NCBI GenBank assembly: GCA_964510165.1
Contig: CAZEBC010000013.1
Span: 1-28,164 of the forward strand
From: an uncultured bacterium
GTDB taxonomy: Bacteria > Abyssobacteria > SURF-5
Length of the DNA stretch: 28,164 nt
Reading direction: 5' to 3'
Every line of letters begins with the position of its first letter. Within the stretch, counting starts at the first letter, position 1. A program made the translations under genes and the position numbers. The notes below the pieces were generated by a model, which was not told the DNA's origin, made no database searches, and worked only from the letters and a program-made list of their open reading frames with translations. Shown piece by piece: positions 17,151 to 25,032 of this stretch.

Positions 17151-18251
17151 CTATATTGTAGCGCAGGCCATCCCGAACGCCTCGGCAACCCCGCAATGAG
17201 TAATCCGCCCGAAAGCGATATTCACGCCTTTCTTGAGGACCGGATTCTCAGCGACCGCCCGCTCCCAGCCCTTGTCCGCCAACTCGAGCCCATAGAGAAG
17301 CGTGGCGTTGGTGAGTGCGAACGTAGACGTCTTCGGTACGGCCCCGGGCATATTGGCGACGCAATAATGGACGATGCCCTCCTCAATATAGGTTGGGTTC
17401 CGGTGGGTGGTCGGGCGCGAGGTCTCGCAGCAGCCGCCCTGGTCGATGGCGATATCGACGAGGGCAGAGCCTTTTTGCATTCGGCGCAGCATATCGCGCG
17501 TGATCAGTTTGGGCGCGCGCCATCCCGGAATGAGAACCGCGCCAATTACGAGGTCGGCCCCGGCGACTTCTTCTTCGATGTTGGCCGGATTCGACATCAG
17601 CGTGGAGACATGGCCCTGCATGACGTCATGCACATACCTCAGCCTTGCCGGATTGATGTCGAGGATGCTCACGCGAGCGCCCACCCCGCATGCGACGAAG
17701 CAGGCGTTCATCCCGGCAATGCCCGCGCCGACAATCACGACCTTGGCTGGCGGCACTCCCGAAACGCCCGGAAGTAAAACGCCCTTTCCGCCGTTCTTGG
17801 CCTCGAGGCAGAACGCTCCCATCTGAACCGAAAGCCTGCCGGCCACTTCGCTCATGGGTGTGAGCAACGGCAGCGAGCCGTCCTCGAGCTGAATTGTCTC
17901 GTATGCAATCGCAACCACGCCTTTATCGACCAACTTCTGCGTGAGTTCGCGGTCGGCGGCAAGATGAAGATAGGTAAAGAGCACCTGTCCTTCGCGCATG
18001 AGGCCGAATTCCGGTTCGAGCGGCTCCTTCACCTTGACGATCATGTCGGCTCTTTCCCATACCTCGCCCGCTTTCTCACAGATTTCGGCTCCTGCATGAA
18101 TGTAAGCTTCCTCGCTGATTCCGCTGCCGCCGCCCGCGCTTCTCTCGATAAGCACCGTATGACCGTGGCCCACGAACGCGGATACACCGGCGGGCGTTAT
18201 CGCCACGCGATTCTCGTCCGGTTTGATCTCCTTCGGAACTCCGACTATCAT
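17151..18251 (-). CDS. ald: Alanine dehydrogenase
   Basis: [66 protein letters not shown] and ATGA overlap with the TetR stop. Confidence 0.96.
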   Translation of the reverse strand: MIVGVPKEIKPDENRVAITPAGVSAFVGHGHTVLIERSAGGGSGISEEAYIHAGAEICEKAGEVWERADMIVKVKEPLEPEFGLMREGQVLFTYLHLAADRELTQKLVDKGVVAIAYETIQLEDGSLPLLTPMSEVAGRLSVQMGAFCLEAKNGGKGVLLPGVSGVPPAKVVIVGAGIAGMNACFVACGVGARVSILDINPARLRYVHDVMQGHVSTLMSNPANIEEEVAGADLVIGAVLIPGWRAPKLITRDMLRRMQKGSALVDIAIDQGGCCETSRPTTHRNPTYIEEGIVHYCVANMPGAVPKTSTFALTNATLLYGLELADKGWERAVAENPVLKKGVNIAFGRITHCGVAEAFGMACATI

Positions 18252-18982
18252 GTGCTTCCTCCCTTGTTCCGTCCGACCCGGCGCGTGTTCCATCTCTCGG
18301 GGGACTGCCGGGACCCGGACCCTCTCGTTCCCTGACATGACGTTATCCCTGTTTCGAGCACGTTCAGAATCACATCCATATGTCGTTCGATCATTTCACC
18401 ATTGCTCGTGATCTCGGAATTCGTAAACACGCGGAACCGCTCTCTCTGATAGCGCGACGCAAGCGTGGCAAGAAAAAGAGTGTATATGGAATCCATGACA
18501 TACGCGGCGTGCTCAACGGGAAGGTCCTCGCGCAAACTGCCTGACTCTATTCCCTCCCTCAGCACGCGGATAAAGAAGTCCGCGGACCTTCGCTCGAGCA
18601 ATTGTGCAAGATCGGCCAAAAACTTGGCATCGCCGGAAGCGCTGAGTTCAAAGTACATCTTGTACATGTTGCGATAGCGAGGAAACGTGATAAGGCTCTC
18701 CCGAAAAACTCTCTTGATCTTCTCCACTGGGTCATGGGCGGTCCGCTCGATCTCGTCGAAAATGCGGTCCTGCAGTCGGACCGCTTCTTTAAACGTCGAA
18801 TAGTACAAGTCGCGCTTGTCCGTGAAATAAAGGTAGATGGACCCCTTGCCGATGCTGGCGCGCTGCGCGATGGAGTTGACGTTGGCCTTGTGGTATCCGT
18901 GCCGGGCAAACTCGGCGGCGGCGGCCCCGAAAATGCGCTCTCTCTTACGTCCGTCGATCTTGTCCAGCGCCTCTTTGGCCAT
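18248..18982 (-). CDS. TetR/AcrR family transcriptional regulator
   Basis: N-terminal [13 protein letters not shown]...[23 protein letters not shown]. Confidence 0.93.
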   Translation of the reverse strand: MAKEALDKIDGRKRERIFGAAAAEFARHGYHKANVNSIAQRASIGKGSIYLYFTDKRDLYYSTFKEAVRLQDRIFDEIERTAHDPVEKIKRVFRESLITFPRYRNMYKMYFELSASGDAKFLADLAQLLERRSADFFIRVLREGIESGSLREDLPVEHAAYVMDSIYTLFLATLASRYQRERFRVFTNSEITSNGEMIERHMDVILNVLETGITSCQGTRGSGSRQSPERWNTRRVGRNKGGST

Positions 18983-19013
18983 GAGGAAGACCTTTTGTCT
19001 CTGACTGCGAAAA

Positions 19014-19027
19014 TGACTGGGCGGTCA
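19014..19027. promoter_or_regulatory. Candidate TetR operator TGAC-N6-GTCA
   Basis: TGACTGGGCGGTCA palindrome just downstream of the -10 of the tetR promoter, a typical autorepression position. Confidence 0.55.
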
Positions 19028-19035
19028 CCCAGTAA

Positions 19036-19064
19036 CTTATAACATAGCCGCCTGCTGTTGTCAA
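19036..19064 (-). promoter_or_regulatory. Putative sigma70 promoter of the tetR-ald-E1-E2-aor-moaD operon
   Basis: Minus strand TTGACA (19059-19064), 17 nt, TATAAG (19036-19041) preceded by TGn. Confidence 0.65.
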
Positions 19065-19263
19065 GCGAACTTGGATCGTTCGATGATCGTTCGACTGGGA
19101 CAATGGCGTTCCGTAGCGGCACAACGCACCGTGCCCTTACCGCGCCGTGCCCCCACAGAGGTGCGTTTCGCGACCACCGTCGTTCGAACCGCCGCGAGAT
19201 GTCGTATTGCCAAATTTCCGCTATATCGGCAGACTTAAGAAAAGACATAAGCAAGGGATACCG

Positions 19264-19671
19264 ATGGCGAAATTAACTGAAGAGATAAAGGAGTTCTTGG
19301 GCGAGGGACGTCTCGCATACGTTGCAACGTGCGGTGGGGACGGCATTCCGAACGTCGTTCCGAAGGGCTCGCTCGGCATACTCGATGACGAGCACCTTGT
19401 GTTTGCGGATTTGTATTCCCAGAAGACCCGGAAAAACATAGAAGAGAATCCGCGCGTGGCCGTTTCGGTCGTGAATCCGCCTGCGTATCGGGGATACCAG
19501 TTCAAGGGAACCGCCGAGGTATTGGACTCGGGAGCGGCATTCGAGAGGGCGGTGGATTTGGTGGACTCCGTCAGAATGGACCCCGCCAAAGTCAGGTACG
19601 CCGTCGTTATCAAGATAGACGAGATATACGACCTCGCGCCCGGACCGAATTCAGGCAAGCGAGTCGCATGA
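19264..19671 (+). CDS. Pyridoxamine 5'-phosphate oxidase-like (split-barrel) flavin-binding protein
   Basis: YVATCGGDGIPNVVPKGS, KTRKNIEENPRVAV, GYQFKG; start at ATG 19264. Confidence 0.88.
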   Translation: MAKLTEEIKEFLGEGRLAYVATCGGDGIPNVVPKGSLGILDDEHLVFADLYSQKTRKNIEENPRVAVSVVNPPAYRGYQFKGTAEVLDSGAAFERAVDLVDSVRMDPAKVRYAVVIKIDEIYDLAPGPNSGKRVA

Positions 19672-19722
19672 GAGCGGGGAGCGCGGCGTCATGCTCGTTC
19701 AAGGATGAATAGGAGGTTTGCC

Positions 19723-20151
19723 ATGGATCAGAAAGAGGCCCAAAAGAGGTCCCGCGAGATAATCGACTCAGCCGAGGCGTTCGTGCTATCGACGGTGAAC
19801 GGGAACAGCCCGCAAAGCCGCGTCATGGGCCCGAAGCTGATCGAGGAAGGGATGACCATATATATGGAAACCTACAACGATTCGCGCAAGGTGACACAGA
19901 TCAAGAGGAATCCGCGCGCTCAGTTGCTTTTCATGTCCGAGGATAAATCCGAGGTGGTCACCCTTTCCGGGAAGGCAACGATGGACGATTCGATGAGCCT
20001 CAAGAAACGCATCTGGCAGGAGCACCCATCGTCTGCCGACTACTTCACCGGCTGCGACGACCCGCGCCTGGGGCTCATCAGGTTCGAACCTGACAAGCTC
20101 GAGTATATCGGTCCCCAAACCGATACTCAGGCGATCGAGGTCACGCTTTAG
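19723..20151 (+). CDS. Pyridoxamine 5'-phosphate oxidase-like / general stress protein 26 family
   Basis: LSTVNGNSPQSRVM, SRKVTQIKRNPRA, YFTGCDDP; AGGAGG RBS before ATG 19723. Confidence 0.85.
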   Translation: MDQKEAQKRSREIIDSAEAFVLSTVNGNSPQSRVMGPKLIEEGMTIYMETYNDSRKVTQIKRNPRAQLLFMSEDKSEVVTLSGKATMDDSMSLKKRIWQEHPSSADYFTGCDDPRLGLIRFEPDKLEYIGPQTDTQAIEVTL

Positions 20152-20157
20152 AACCTG

Positions 20158-20192
20158 AATCGGGGACACCATGACTTATGGTGTCCCCGATT
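20158..20192. terminator. 15-bp perfect hairpin between convergent genes (bidirectional terminator or REP-like element)
   Basis: AATCGGGGACACCAT-gactt-ATGGTGTCCCCGATT. Confidence 0.7.
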
Positions 20193-20197
20193 TGAAG

Positions 20198-20647
20198 TCA
20201 GGCCAAGTATTTCGCGACCAGATCCTCAAGCTGTGGCGCGGGGAGCGCGCCCGTCACTTGCTCGGCCAATTGTCCGTTCCGAAAGACGATCAATGTCGGC
20301 GTCGCCCTGATCTGGTACCGGCCTGCGCTTCGAGGATTCTGTTCGACATCCACCTTGCCTACCTTAAGCTTGCCTTTGAATTTCGATGCCATAGCCTCGA
20401 TCGAGGGCTCCAGCGAGCGGCAGGCGCCGCACCATGGCGCATAGAACTCGACGAGTACCGGCACGCTTGCGTCGAGCACTTCCTGACCAAAAGTGGTGTC
20501 GGAAAAATTCAGCGGCCTATCGGAGGTGGCGAGAGAGAGGTCCAGCACCGAACCACACTTCCCGCATATGGGCCTGCCTTGCCTCTCCGTGTCAACTCGA
20601 TTGACCGAACTGCATTGTCCGCACTTCACATAGTTATCCGCCGCCAT
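20198..20647 (-). CDS. trxC: Thioredoxin 2 (TrxC type) with N-terminal Zn-binding CxxC pairs
   Basis: CGQC...CGKC N-terminus, FYAPWCGAC active site, IRATPTL. Confidence 0.85.
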   Translation of the reverse strand: MAADNYVKCGQCSSVNRVDTERQGRPICGKCGSVLDLSLATSDRPLNFSDTTFGQEVLDASVPVLVEFYAPWCGACRSLEPSIEAMASKFKGKLKVGKVDVEQNPRSAGRYQIRATPTLIVFRNGQLAEQVTGALPAPQLEDLVAKYLA

Positions 20648-20650
20648 CAG

Positions 20651-20848
20651 TCACCCTTCATACGTCAACACTCGGATTATGCCCATGGTGGCTCCGTCAG
20701 TGTTGGTCGTCGTCGCGTCCGAAACCGAAATCACTTTCTTGATCTTATTGCCTGCGATGAACTCATTCACCTTCGCGTCCAGGTCGTCCAGCTCCTGCGC
20801 GATGTGGAATATCTTGAACTGCGACCCGAATGTCTTGACCTTTACCAT
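20651..20848 (-). CDS. Small hypothetical protein (65 aa)
   Basis: GGAGG RBS before ATG 20848; MVKVKTFGSQFKIFH...VLTYEG; ends 3 nt before trxC. Confidence 0.75.
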   Translation of the reverse strand: MVKVKTFGSQFKIFHIAQELDDLDAKVNEFIAGNKIKKVISVSDATTTNTDGATMGIIRVLTYEG

Positions 20849-21010
20849 GGTATCCTCCAGCAAAAGCCCAAATGTGATTTTCCCTCTTAAATGTGGCATT
20901 CGACCAAACAAGTGGCAAACTCCCAAGTCTTGAGCCAACCTGGAGTAAAAGTTTGGAAGAATTGCTCCGAGGAACGCCGGATTCCTGTCAACTCCAAGAA
21001 ATCGGTCGGA

Positions 21011-22108
21011 TTATTTCTCCCCGATTTCCCTGACCAGGTTCAGATAGAACTCAAAATTCTTAAGCGGCACGTCGGGCGGAACGTTGTGGTCGAGCGACGC
21101 GATGTAGCCGCCCTGACGCAAGAGGTCTGGCGCTTTTGTCATCACTTCTTCCCGTATCGCATCAAAACCGAGCGCCAGCTTTCTCTTGTCCAACCCGCCT
21201 TGGATCACCAGTTGATTGCCGTATTGCTGCCGCACCTTTCGAACGTCCATTCCCGCCTGCACCTCGAAGGGTAACAACATGTTGGCCCCGGCTTCAAGAA
21301 ACAGGGGTATCAGCGGCGTGATGTCGCCGTCGGAGTCCACCTCGAACACATTGATGCCCAACGAGCGGGCGCAGTTGGTGAGCCGCTTGTAATACGGCGT
21401 CATGAATTCCCGGAACGCCGGCGGGCCGATCATAGGCCCGTTTCGGTAGGCCATATCTTCCCAGAAGTCAATTGCGTCTATCTTGGCCACAGCCGATATC
21501 TGTTCGAGCAGTGACGAATACAACGCGAGCCACTGCCTCCCGATCGCATGGATCAACTGGGGCATATCGTAATATGCGTACATCAGGTTCTCGAATCCCA
21601 TCAGATGCCGGGCCATACCGAATAATCCGCATACGTACGCGATCACTGGGAATTCGGACTCGTTGTACACCTGAAATGAATACTGCCAGTCCTCGCCGAG
21701 TCGGCCGGGCGCCGACGGGTCAAGCCGCCATTTCAACTCCTCAAAGCTGCGCATATCCTTGACGGGAAACTCCAGAAATTGAGGGAGCGCCGAGCGGCCC
21801 GATTTGAACTCTCTTATGATCGCGCCCGTCCGGTCTCTTCGGATGACATACTGCTCGTCCTCCTCGAGGATAGTCTCCTCGAAGGCGGGAAAGAACCCCG
21901 GTTCCTCAAACCCGCCGAGCGTTATCGGCATCCGCAGGTCCATATTGAAATGGATGTACGCGGCCATTTCGTCAATATCCTCGGACAGCCCCTCACCATG
22001 CCATCGCTCGATGGTCTCGGGCCAGAACCCGATGGTCTCCCAACGGAACGGCCGGTCCACCGGCTCGAACCTGCACGTGGCAAGGAACCGTTCGCGCGCG
22101 TTCATCAT
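21011..22108 (-). CDS. Uroporphyrinogen decarboxylase / MtaA-CmuA superfamily protein
   Basis: MNARERFLA, RHLMGFENL, WEDMAYRNGPMIGP, DSDGDI, GGLDKR, GGYIASLDHNVPPDVP. Confidence 0.88.
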   Translation of the reverse strand: MMNARERFLATCRFEPVDRPFRWETIGFWPETIERWHGEGLSEDIDEMAAYIHFNMDLRMPITLGGFEEPGFFPAFEETILEEDEQYVIRRDRTGAIIREFKSGRSALPQFLEFPVKDMRSFEELKWRLDPSAPGRLGEDWQYSFQVYNESEFPVIAYVCGLFGMARHLMGFENLMYAYYDMPQLIHAIGRQWLALYSSLLEQISAVAKIDAIDFWEDMAYRNGPMIGPPAFREFMTPYYKRLTNCARSLGINVFEVDSDGDITPLIPLFLEAGANMLLPFEVQAGMDVRKVRQQYGNQLVIQGGLDKRKLALGFDAIREEVMTKAPDLLRQGGYIASLDHNVPPDVPLKNFEFYLNLVREIGEK

Positions 22109-22299
22109 GCCTTCTCCTTGGTCCCGAGGGTCTGCTCTTTGAGATAGCCCTGCAGTTCCTTCAAGCAGCTTTCGATCTTTCTTACAACTCTCTTCTGATC
22201 GTCCGGCATATCGCCGTGGAAGCCAAGCAACAGGTTCTGACTATGCGACAAAGCCGGCGACAGGATGTTGGCGATGTCATGAATTTCCTTGCGCGTCAT
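22105..22299 (-). CDS. 64-aa protein resembling an isolated HisKA/DHp helical hairpin
   Basis: EIHDIANILSP resembles an H-box, followed by LLLGFHGDMPDDQKRVVRKI; GGAG upstream; ATGA overlap with the downstream gene. Confidence 0.65.
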   Translation of the reverse strand: MTRKEIHDIANILSPALSHSQNLLLGFHGDMPDDQKRVVRKIESCLKELQGYLKEQTLGTKEKA

Positions 22300-22360
22300 A
22301 CAATCATTCTCCGCTCCTCACCGATTCCCTGGGGCAATCCCCCGTGCCAAATCATCGCTG

Positions 22361-23557
22361 CTAATGGAATTCCCGCACCGTTACTGATCGCCACAAGCGA
22401 AGACTAAACTCCAGCTTGCGGCCTTGATTCCACGCAACCAACTTTTCCCTTGAGTAGAAGGCGCTCTCCCGATGAGTCATCATGCGGCAATCTTCCCCGA
22501 GCAGACTGACTGCTTCTTTTGCACATTCCACAAAGAATCGCGCCTTTCGCGGAAGACCGAATCTCTTAAGAACGCGGGAACCCGCCGCTTGAGGGGTAAG
22601 CCCGACAAAGGCATGGATGGCGCCCTCTATGCCCGCGATATGTGCGCCCACCCGATAATCGAGCGGCGAGAAGAACGACTCAAACGTGAACGAGGGAATA
22701 CCCAGGGAAAGTGTGAGCCAGTCGCTCAGCACCATCCTGCCCTTGCGGAACTCGGTCAACAACGGGCCCGATACTTCCCGGCCCTCCCCCTTGGTGATGG
22801 TCTGCGGAATCGGCACAAACACTTTTCGGAACAGGCGACCGACCCTGCTCACCTTGCGCGGCACATAGTAATTGAATTTGAGATTTCGGATGATCTGAGC
22901 GCCGACACGCTCACCTAATTCATGTTGTGACTCGGGAATGAACTCGATGACGGTAACCTCAAAATTGTGCGGTATGAACCTCCACTCCTGCGGAAGCTGA
23001 AACCTGACGCCCGGCCTGAAGAAAAGTGTCTCATGTAGGTCAAACGAAATCGAGGCCCTCACGTCGAGCAGGTATTTCTTGAGAGCCCTGGTCTCAGGAG
23101 GCAAGAATTCATCCGGCCGGCACCATACCGCATTCACGTCTTCCCAACTGCTCTCCGAGTAGTCCTCCCGAATTTCGGTGTTCCCGATGGGGTCAACGCA
23201 CTTCACTCCCCGGCAGTCGTAGCCGTCGGGGTCCAGACACGGGAGCAGGACGAACTGAACGCGCTCGAGTATGCGCGCGAGCATGTCGTTGGGTCGCGCC
23301 AGATGTCCTGCCATAAGAACCAGTGCCACCGGCGGCGCATCCTCACGTCCATGATTGGCCGCCGTGAGCAACACCCTGTTTGCGGCGTCGGCAGGACCGG
23401 CCTTCATCGCATAGATCGGCCGGCCCATCTTTGAGCGCGCGATCTCCTCAACGGCAAGACAGCCCTCAAGCGCAGTGATGGCGCCCTGAAGGTCGGCGTA
23501 CCGCTTGAATTCGTTCAGCTTCTTGATCGGCGGATATTTGTCAAACAGGTCAATCAT
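22361..23557 (-). CDS. M14-family zinc carboxypeptidase/deacylase-like protein
   Basis: RSKMGRPI, NHGRE (HxxE), PCLDPDG, PETRA, FDLHE, FTFES. Start set at ATG 23557, which overlaps the upstream stop as ATGA. Confidence 0.85.
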   Translation of the reverse strand: MIDLFDKYPPIKKLNEFKRYADLQGAITALEGCLAVEEIARSKMGRPIYAMKAGPADAANRVLLTAANHGREDAPPVALVLMAGHLARPNDMLARILERVQFVLLPCLDPDGYDCRGVKCVDPIGNTEIREDYSESSWEDVNAVWCRPDEFLPPETRALKKYLLDVRASISFDLHETLFFRPGVRFQLPQEWRFIPHNFEVTVIEFIPESQHELGERVGAQIIRNLKFNYYVPRKVSRVGRLFRKVFVPIPQTITKGEGREVSGPLLTEFRKGRMVLSDWLTLSLGIPSFTFESFFSPLDYRVGAHIAGIEGAIHAFVGLTPQAAGSRVLKRFGLPRKARFFVECAKEAVSLLGEDCRMMTHRESAFYSREKLVAWNQGRKLEFSLRLWRSVTVREFH

Positions 23558-25032
23558 CGCTCGACCCTCATGATGCATTCCCCCGGCTCCTTGAATTCCC
23601 TCTGATGGAACACAGCCTTCGATTGATACAAGTCGGCGATTCCATTCCATCCGAAGTCAAGCGCCTTGTGGAACGTCTTCGTGTACGCATCCACCATATT
23701 TTGAGAATCTTTCACAAGCTTGTTCAGTTCCGCCAGCTTCCTGTCCTCAATGAGGGAAGGATGCAGGAAATCCTCGAATATCTTGTCAAACCCGTTGGCA
23801 ATTGTCGAAAAGTGCTTCTTCACGCTGCGGCTTAACAGAAGCGAAGCTACCAGGGTCGCACCCCCAAACAGAAGTATCGGCGAGATGAAAAATGCCCCTT
23901 TGAACAAGCCGAATACAGTGTCCAGAACGCCAATCGCGATAAGAATGATCGGGACCTGCCGCTTTTCAAACGAGACCAGTTGGCCCAGCTTCATCGCCTC
24001 GAATTTCCGGCGTGAATACGCAGTAATGTACAAGCTCTGCGAAAGCTTGGAGCGTATCTTTTCGATGTCGAGCTTCTCTGGCGCCCTGATGAGGTTCTCG
24101 ATTTCCACTCCCGTCTCGCTGATCATGTGGGCAATCGGATGAAGCGCCGGAGGTATCAAACTCACCGGAAAAAGCTCGCCGTCCGTAAATTCGTCCGCAA
24201 GGTATATCTCATAGGATTCGCGCGTCGGCAACACGATAAACTCGATGGAACGCCGCTGGCGGCTCTCCTTTATCAGCGGAGACTTCCTGGATGCCCGGTC
24301 GGGAATCCTGATGCGATTGGCATCCTCATCGCTGAACAGGATTCGTATGAGCCGGAGCACGTTCCGGAACAATCCTCGACGGGGCTTGCTGTTGTCGAAT
24401 TGATGATAATAGTACCGTTGAACCGATTCCAGTTGTTCCTCGTCGGCCCTGGCGGCAAGCTTGAGGTAGATATCCTGGCTGCTGCCGTCCAGTCTCTCGA
24501 AATAGTCAACGATTCTCTTCACCTTCGAGGCGACTTCGCCTTCTCCCCGAACCACCTTCATGCTGTTGGCCAGCTCGCGCGCGCAATTCTTGAATTTGCC
24601 GGCTACCAACAGCTTCTTCGCCCGAGCGTAGGTGTGGCGCACATTGAAGACCATGTAGGGAAGCACTATCGGAAGGAGAAGCGGCTTCAAAATCGAAATT
24701 GCGGCACACCCGGCCAGCCACGCGAAGTCGAGCACGTTCGACAACAGTCCGATATGCAGGAGTTCGTCCTGATGCAGCGCCAGGCTGTCCAAATCCCTCT
24801 TCATTTGCCGCTCGACTTCAAGAAGGTCTTCATCCGTGAGGTTACCGTGCAAATGCACCGTAACATTCAACTTCCCAAGGTCATTAAGCCGGGCAACGTC
24901 GTTCAGAAGGTCAATATAATGCGAAAGAAGCACATACTCCTTCTGCTCAATGACGGGCAGATGCGCGGCGTCCATGGTGACGTGCGCGCGATCCTGTTCG
25001 ACCTCGATCTTATGGTACTTCTGAGCCTTCAA
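23554..25032 (-). CDS. Hypothetical membrane-associated protein, no recognised family
   Basis: 492-aa ORF overlapping both neighbours; AGGAG before the TTG start; two hydrophobic stretches at about aa 95-130 and 360-400. Confidence 0.8.
   Translation of the reverse strand: MKAQKYHKIEVEQDRAHVTMDAAHLPVIEQKEYVLLSHYIDLLNDVARLNDLGKLNVTVHLHGNLTDEDLLEVERQMKRDLDSLALHQDELLHIGLLSNVLDFAWLAGCAAISILKPLLLPIVLPYMVFNVRHTYARAKKLLVAGKFKNCARELANSMKVVRGEGEVASKVKRIVDYFERLDGSSQDIYLKLAARADEEQLESVQRYYYHQFDNSKPRRGLFRNVLRLIRILFSDEDANRIRIPDRASRKSPLIKESRQRRSIEFIVLPTRESYEIYLADEFTDGELFPVSLIPPALHPIAHMISETGVEIENLIRAPEKLDIEKIRSKLSQSLYITAYSRRKFEAMKLGQLVSFEKRQVPIILIAIGVLDTVFGLFKGAFFISPILLFGGATLVASLLLSRSVKKHFSTIANGFDKIFEDFLHPSLIEDRKLAELNKLVKDSQNMVDAYTKTFHKALDFGWNGIADLYQSKAVFHQREFKEPGECIMRVER

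Noticed and set aside
18248..18340. Low-complexity TetR C-terminal tail as a possible frameshift
   Set aside because: The frame is open and ends in a clean ATGA overlap with ald; no slippery site evident.
18559..19254. 231-aa minus-strand ORF
   Set aside because: Overlaps tetR out of frame and crosses its promoter; Arg/Ser/Pro-rich, non-protein-like composition.
20920..20940. Sigma54-like TGGCTCAAGACTTGG upstream of the small ORF-trxC unit
   Set aside because: The -12 element reads TTGG rather than TTGC and the -24 match is partial.
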